A DNA stretch of 64,000 nucleotides from an uncultured Rikenellaceae bacterium. Its GTDB lineage: Bacteria > Bacteroidota > Bacteroidia > Bacteroidales > VadinHA17. How positions within the stretch are numbered: position 1 is the stretch's first letter; each line of letters opens with the position of its first letter. Location: the NCBI GenBank assembly GCA_964419775.1, contig CAYQRF010000002.1, positions 7,837 through 71,836 of the forward strand, read 5' to 3'. This document shows, piece after piece, positions 59,864 to 64,000 of the stretch. The notes below the pieces were generated by a model. It was not told the DNA's origin. It did no database searches and saw only the letters and a program-made list of their open reading frames with translations. Position numbers and translations under genes: made by a program.

Positions 59864-60910
59864 ATGAACAAGTATTTTATTTTTTTCGCTTTAGCCTTGC
59901 TTTCATCCTGCATAAAGGATAGTGATCCCGTTGTCACAGGACTGGAACGCGCTTATCTTTCCGGGAATGGAGTATTCATAATGAACGAAGGAAATTTCAG
60001 ATCGGGAAACGGCTCCCTGTCTTTCTTTTCTTACGATTCAATGAAGATCTACAACAATATTTTCAGGGAGGCTAACGACCGGCCGCTGGGAGATGTTCCT
60101 TATTCCATTGGTCTTAACGGTAATACGGCTTTTATTCTTGTAAATAACTCGGATAAGGTTGAAGTGGCCAGTCTTTCCGGCATGAAGTCGGTTACTACCA
60201 TTGAAAAAATTGTTTCTCCCAGGTACATTTCTTTCATCAATAGTCAAAAGGCCTATGTTACAAGCCTTTATTCCGACTCAATAAGGATTATTGACCTCCA
60301 TTCCAAAACTGCAACAGGGTATATACCTCTTGAAAACACCTCTGAATCGATTGTTACAGCTTCATCAAGGGCTTATGCAGCCAACTGGACCGGAGGCAGC
60401 AAGATTTTTGTTATCAATACTCTTACCGATGAGGTCACCGATTCGATTGATGTTGGCATCGAACCTGAAAGCATGGTGGTTGACAGAAATAACACGCTGT
60501 GGGTTTTGTGCAACGGAGGGTGGAAAAGAGAAAATTACGCCGAACTCGTCGCAGTTAATACATCAACAAATACCATTAACAGACGACTGACCTTTCCTTC
60601 ACTGAGCGATTCCCCGACCTGCCTCCAGATTGACGGAAGCGGTCAGTTCCTCTACTATCTTCATGATGGTGTCAGACGGATGGACATTGGTTCGGAAGCA
60701 CTTCCTGCAACGGCATTTATTCCCCAGTCAGGTTACTTCTTCTACAGGATGGGTGTCAACCCGTTCAATAACGAGATCTTTGTTACCGACGCCCGTGATT
60801 ATCTCCAGAAGGGAATTGTGCTGAGATATTCCCCTGATGGTTCCTTGCTTTCGTTACTGGAGGCAGATTTAATTCCCGGGAACTTGTTTTTTAAATCAGC
60901 CACTGAATAA
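59864..60910 (+). CDS. surface/periplasmic beta-propeller lipoprotein (YncE/DUF5074-like), in the position of a B12-binding accessory protein
   Basis: Lipoprotein signal MNKYFIFFALALLSSC, the motif NEGNFRSGNGSLSF, and repeated blade-like segments. It starts 2 nt after the receptor stop. Confidence 0.55.
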   Translation: MNKYFIFFALALLSSCIKDSDPVVTGLERAYLSGNGVFIMNEGNFRSGNGSLSFFSYDSMKIYNNIFREANDRPLGDVPYSIGLNGNTAFILVNNSDKVEVASLSGMKSVTTIEKIVSPRYISFINSQKAYVTSLYSDSIRIIDLHSKTATGYIPLENTSESIVTASSRAYAANWTGGSKIFVINTLTDEVTDSIDVGIEPESMVVDRNNTLWVLCNGGWKRENYAELVAVNTSTNTINRRLTFPSLSDSPTCLQIDGSGQFLYYLHDGVRRMDIGSEALPATAFIPQSGYFFYRMGVNPFNNEIFVTDARDYLQKGIVLRYSPDGSLLSLLEADLIPGNLFFKSATE

Positions 60911-60918
60911 AACTTCTG

Positions 60919-62100
60919 ATGAATTACCCTCCCCGCAGGATAAAAACCGGACCCGGGAGCTTCATGAGCGCCCTTATTCTGATTTCAGTTGTGCTCGCTT
61001 CATGTCAGGGCTCAGGAAGCAATACTGTCAGAATCCCTGAAAAGCCTGAAGTGACCGGTATTTCGTATGCGAAGAGACTTAGGATTGAAAGTGCCGACGG
61101 GTATTCGCATGTTTCCGTCATCGGTCCCTGGCAGGGTTCCGGCGGTGTTATCCAGGATTGGTACCTGCTTCCCCGGGGGACCAGTATTCCTTCCCATATC
61201 GACTCTGCCAAAGTGATTCGTATTCCTGTTGAAAGGGTAATATGCATGTCGACTACTCATATTGCAATGATAAAGGCTCTTGGACGATCTGCATCCGTCA
61301 GGGGCTTTTCAGGCACCGCCTTCATCTATGATGAGCAGGTAAGGAAACTGGTCTCAGAAGGTGAAATAAGCGAAACAGGATATGAGGACAATCTGAATAA
61401 AGAGTTGATTCTTAGTCTCCTTCCCGATATTGTGATAGCATATGGCATAGGAAGTGAATCGGCGGCTTATCTTGGGAAACTTAAGGAAATGGGGGTAAAG
61501 GTTTTATTCAATGCCGACTATCTTGAGGAAGATCCTCTCGGGAAGGCTGAATGGATAAGGCTTTTCGGTGCTCTTTATGACTGCAGGCCTGTTGCCGATT
61601 CATTGTTTCAACACATTGAACATGAATATAACTCCTGCAAGTCGCTGATAGCCGAAAAGGCAGTCAGCAAACCCAGGGTACTTCTTGGACTGCCATTCAG
61701 GGATACCTGGTTCGTCTCTCCGGGCAACTCCTACATTTCGCGGCTGATAAGCGATGCAGGCGGAGAATATCTGTGGGAGGATTCCGTTTCGGACGTGTCG
61801 ATGCCAATGGGGCTTGAAAATGTTTTCATAAAGGCTGTTTCAGCCGATTACTGGCTGAACACCGGATCAGCAAGTTCAGTGCAGGAGATTGCTGCCGTGG
61901 ATCCGAGGCTCACCCGGCTTCCCTGTTTCATCAGCGGCCGGCTTTATAACAACAACAGGAGAATGAGCCCGGGCGGAGGTAACGATTACTGGGAAAGCGG
62001 TTGCCTTAATCCGCATATTATCCTGAGGGATATTGCATCAGTCATTCACCCAGGACTGTTTGAAGAAGACGAATTGTACTACTATATTAAACTTAAGTAA
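60919..62100 (+). CDS. ABC transporter substrate-binding protein (BtuF/FhuD-like, Peripla_BP_2)
   Basis: Lipoprotein-like signal SALILISVVLASC (alternative ATG at 60964). The two-lobe binding-protein pattern is followed by a FecCD permease. Confidence 0.75.
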   Translation: MNYPPRRIKTGPGSFMSALILISVVLASCQGSGSNTVRIPEKPEVTGISYAKRLRIESADGYSHVSVIGPWQGSGGVIQDWYLLPRGTSIPSHIDSAKVIRIPVERVICMSTTHIAMIKALGRSASVRGFSGTAFIYDEQVRKLVSEGEISETGYEDNLNKELILSLLPDIVIAYGIGSESAAYLGKLKEMGVKVLFNADYLEEDPLGKAEWIRLFGALYDCRPVADSLFQHIEHEYNSCKSLIAEKAVSKPRVLLGLPFRDTWFVSPGNSYISRLISDAGGEYLWEDSVSDVSMPMGLENVFIKAVSADYWLNTGSASSVQEIAAVDPRLTRLPCFISGRLYNNNRRMSPGGGNDYWESGCLNPHIILRDIASVIHPGLFEEDELYYYIKLK

Positions 62101-62105
62101 TCGGG

Positions 62106-63170
62106 ATGGTGGCAGTATCTCACCTGGTCAAAACCGAACGGGCATCAGCAGCCAGGTACAGCCTCCTGTTTTCAGGACTGCTGATCGTTCTTGCATTTCT
62201 GTTTCTTCTCGATATCTTTCTTGGTTCTGTATCTATAAGTCCGTCTGAAATATTCAAGGCGTTCCTGAATGACACCGAAGGAACAACAAGGACTATCCTG
62301 ATCCGTTTCAGGCTGCCCAAAGCCATCACCGCTGTTCTGGCCGGTATTGCATTATCGGTGAGCGGTCTTCAGATGCAGACATTATTCCGGAATCCGATGG
62401 CCGGACCCTATGTGCTGGGATTGAGTTCGGGAGCCAGCCTGGGTGTTGCATTCGTCATTCTCGGATTTACATCCCGGATTCCTCCCGAGGCAATCACAGG
62501 CATCGGTAACTGGGCTCTCGCAGCGGCGGCCTGGACCGGAGCCGGACTGGTCATGCTTCTCGTAATGATGATCTCATCGAAGGTGAAGAATATTATGACT
62601 GTTCTTATCCTGGGAATAATGCTCTCTGCCGGAGTATCCGCAATAGTCAGCATAATGCAGTATTTTTCCAGCGAAACCATGCTGAAGGCCTATGTGATCT
62701 GGACAATGGGCAGTCTGGGTAATCTTACGGCATCACAGCTTAATGTAATGCTGATCTCTGTAGTGGTGGGGATAGCAGCATGCCTTATATCGGTCAAGAT
62801 GCTCAATGCTCTTTTGCTGGGAGAGGATTATGCCAGGAGCATCGGACTCGATATTAAGCGGGCCAGGTTTGTTGCCATTGCCGGGACCAGCATTCTTGCC
62901 GGTACCGTGACGGCATTTTGCGGGCCGATAGGGTTTATTGGAATAGCAGTTCCCCATATTGCCCGGATAATTTTCAGGACCTCCGACCATCGTATACTTG
63001 TTCCGGCAACCATTATCACGGGTGCGGCAATTATGCTGGCGAGCGACATTATATCCCAGGTTCCGGGCTCCGACAGTGTGCTTCCGGTTAACTCCGTGAC
63101 GGCGCTGATTGGCATTCCGATAGTTATCTGGGTGATACTACGGAATCAAAGGAATTTGGATATCTTCTGA
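62106..63170 (+). CDS. FecCD-family ABC permease (BtuC-like)
   Basis: 354-aa ORF with about 10 TM helices, RLPKAITAVLAGIALSVSGLQMQTLFRNPMAGPYVLG and GPIGFIGIAVPHIAR. Confidence 0.9.
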   Translation: MVAVSHLVKTERASAARYSLLFSGLLIVLAFLFLLDIFLGSVSISPSEIFKAFLNDTEGTTRTILIRFRLPKAITAVLAGIALSVSGLQMQTLFRNPMAGPYVLGLSSGASLGVAFVILGFTSRIPPEAITGIGNWALAAAAWTGAGLVMLLVMMISSKVKNIMTVLILGIMLSAGVSAIVSIMQYFSSETMLKAYVIWTMGSLGNLTASQLNVMLISVVVGIAACLISVKMLNALLLGEDYARSIGLDIKRARFVAIAGTSILAGTVTAFCGPIGFIGIAVPHIARIIFRTSDHRILVPATIITGAAIMLASDIISQVPGSDSVLPVNSVTALIGIPIVIWVILRNQRNLDIF

Positions 63171-63172
63171 CA

Positions 63173-64000
63173 ATGAATGAAATAGCTGACAGATTGTCCT
63201 TCACTGACCTTGGAATAGGATTTTCGACCGGCAAAACCGGAGGATCGCTTATCCTTCCTCCTATAACAGGTACTGCCGGAAGGGGCGAACTGATAGCAGT
63301 TATAGGCCGCAACGGTATCGGCAAAAGCACACTTCTGAGATCCCTGGCAGGACTTCAGCCACAATTGTCAGGCCATCTTATTGTGGAAGGGACGGATATA
63401 AACTCATATTCCAGAAAAGGTCTTTCTGCAAAAGTGGGATATATTTCCACCGAAATAGTGAGGGTGAGCAACATGAGGGTTTACGACCTTGTGTCGCTGG
63501 GAAGATTCCCTCATACAAACTGGATGGGAAGGATTGATGACACTGACCGTGAATATATTGCCTCAGCACTCAGCATGACCGGCATGACGGGCTTCAGCGA
63601 ACGGCCCGTCACGGAGCTTTCCGACGGGGAGCGTCAGCGGGCGATGATAGCCATGGTGCTGGCTCAGGATGCCGGGATCATGATCATGGACGAGCCTACG
63701 GCCTTCCTTGATATCACAGGAAGATACGGGATCATTCACCTCCTGCACGAACTGACACGGGAACGCACCAAAACAATAGTTTTCTCCACTCACGACCTTC
63801 CGATGGCTGTCAGGCTTTCCGACAAGATATGGCTGATGAATGAGCATGGTCTTATTGAAGGGGCTCCCGAGGACCTCATGCTTGCCGGATCATTCAATAC
63901 CCTTTTTGATGATTCAAAGGTCATCTTCGACCCTGTGAAAGGGACTGTTTCGTTCCGGAACCCCGAAACGGGAAGGATCAGCATCAAGGGTGAAGGTATT
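63173..64000 (+). CDS. ABC transporter ATP-binding protein (BtuD/FepC-like), truncated by the window end
   Basis: Hand translation from the ATG at 63173 gives MNEIADRLSFTDLGIGF...GELIAVIGRNGIGKSTLLRSLAGLQ (Walker A). Later come the signature LSDGERQRAMIAMVLA and Walker B IMIMDEPTAFLD. The frame stays open to position 64000. Confidence 0.85.
   Translation, partial: MNEIADRLSFTDLGIGFSTGKTGGSLILPPITGTAGRGELIAVIGRNGIGKSTLLRSLAGLQPQLSGHLIVEGTDINSYSRKGLSAKVGYISTEIVRVSNMRVYDLVSLGRFPHTNWMGRIDDTDREYIASALSMTGMTGFSERPVTELSDGERQRAMIAMVLAQDAGIMIMDEPTAFLDITGRYGIIHLLHELTRERTKTIVFSTHDLPMAVRLSDKIWLMNEHGLIEGAPEDLMLAGSFNTLFDDSKVIFDPVKGTVSFRNPETGRISIKGEGI

Overview
The window is a chromosomal segment with Bacteroidota character. 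At least four genes carry the full TTTG-N19-TAnnTTTG promoter consensus, Shine-Dalgarno sites are not evident, and DUF4293, DUF349, the zapA-rny pair and the pyrG-yidC pair are all present. About 50 genes are densely packed and most are housekeeping. They include a truncated carboxyltransferase and a sugar-salvage cluster (NahK-like kinase, sugar MFS transporter, SIS protein, second MFS transporter, CE7 esterase). Next come capD, tRNA-Arg(ACG), asmA, rplS, a C69 dipeptidase, cutC, an M23 peptidase, zapA, rny, wecB and an epimerase. An RND efflux operon, pyrBI, a NamZ-like muramidase, an S9 peptidase, a 5'-nucleotidase, queE, an OmpA/TolB-like protein, a DUF349 protein, pyrG, yidC and a LacI regulator follow. 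The window ends in a cobalamin-riboswitch-controlled B12 uptake operon: TonB receptor, beta-propeller lipoprotein and BtuFCD-like ABC transporter. I found no transposase, integrase, CRISPR array or rRNA. The one accessory-looking region is about 40.7-50.2 kb. There I hand-translated an ORF missing from the track: 44 codons at 42565..42699 on the minus strand, with a textbook double-glycine leader and a predicted 15-aa proline-rich mature peptide. It heads an operon with a single-pass TPR anti-sigma-like protein and a histidine-less kinase-like protein. It is divergent from a 1005-aa TPR-CHAT protease that is predicted to be extracytoplasmic. That protease gene overlaps convergently with an ECF-type sigma factor gene, and an intact C39-peptidase ABC exporter with a HlyD partner follows. 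I propose this as a candidate exported-peptide signalling and regulated-proteolysis module feeding an ECF sigma factor. This is inference only, with no database check possible here. Secondary observations include a structured RNA candidate with tandem UUCG hairpins between zapA and rny.
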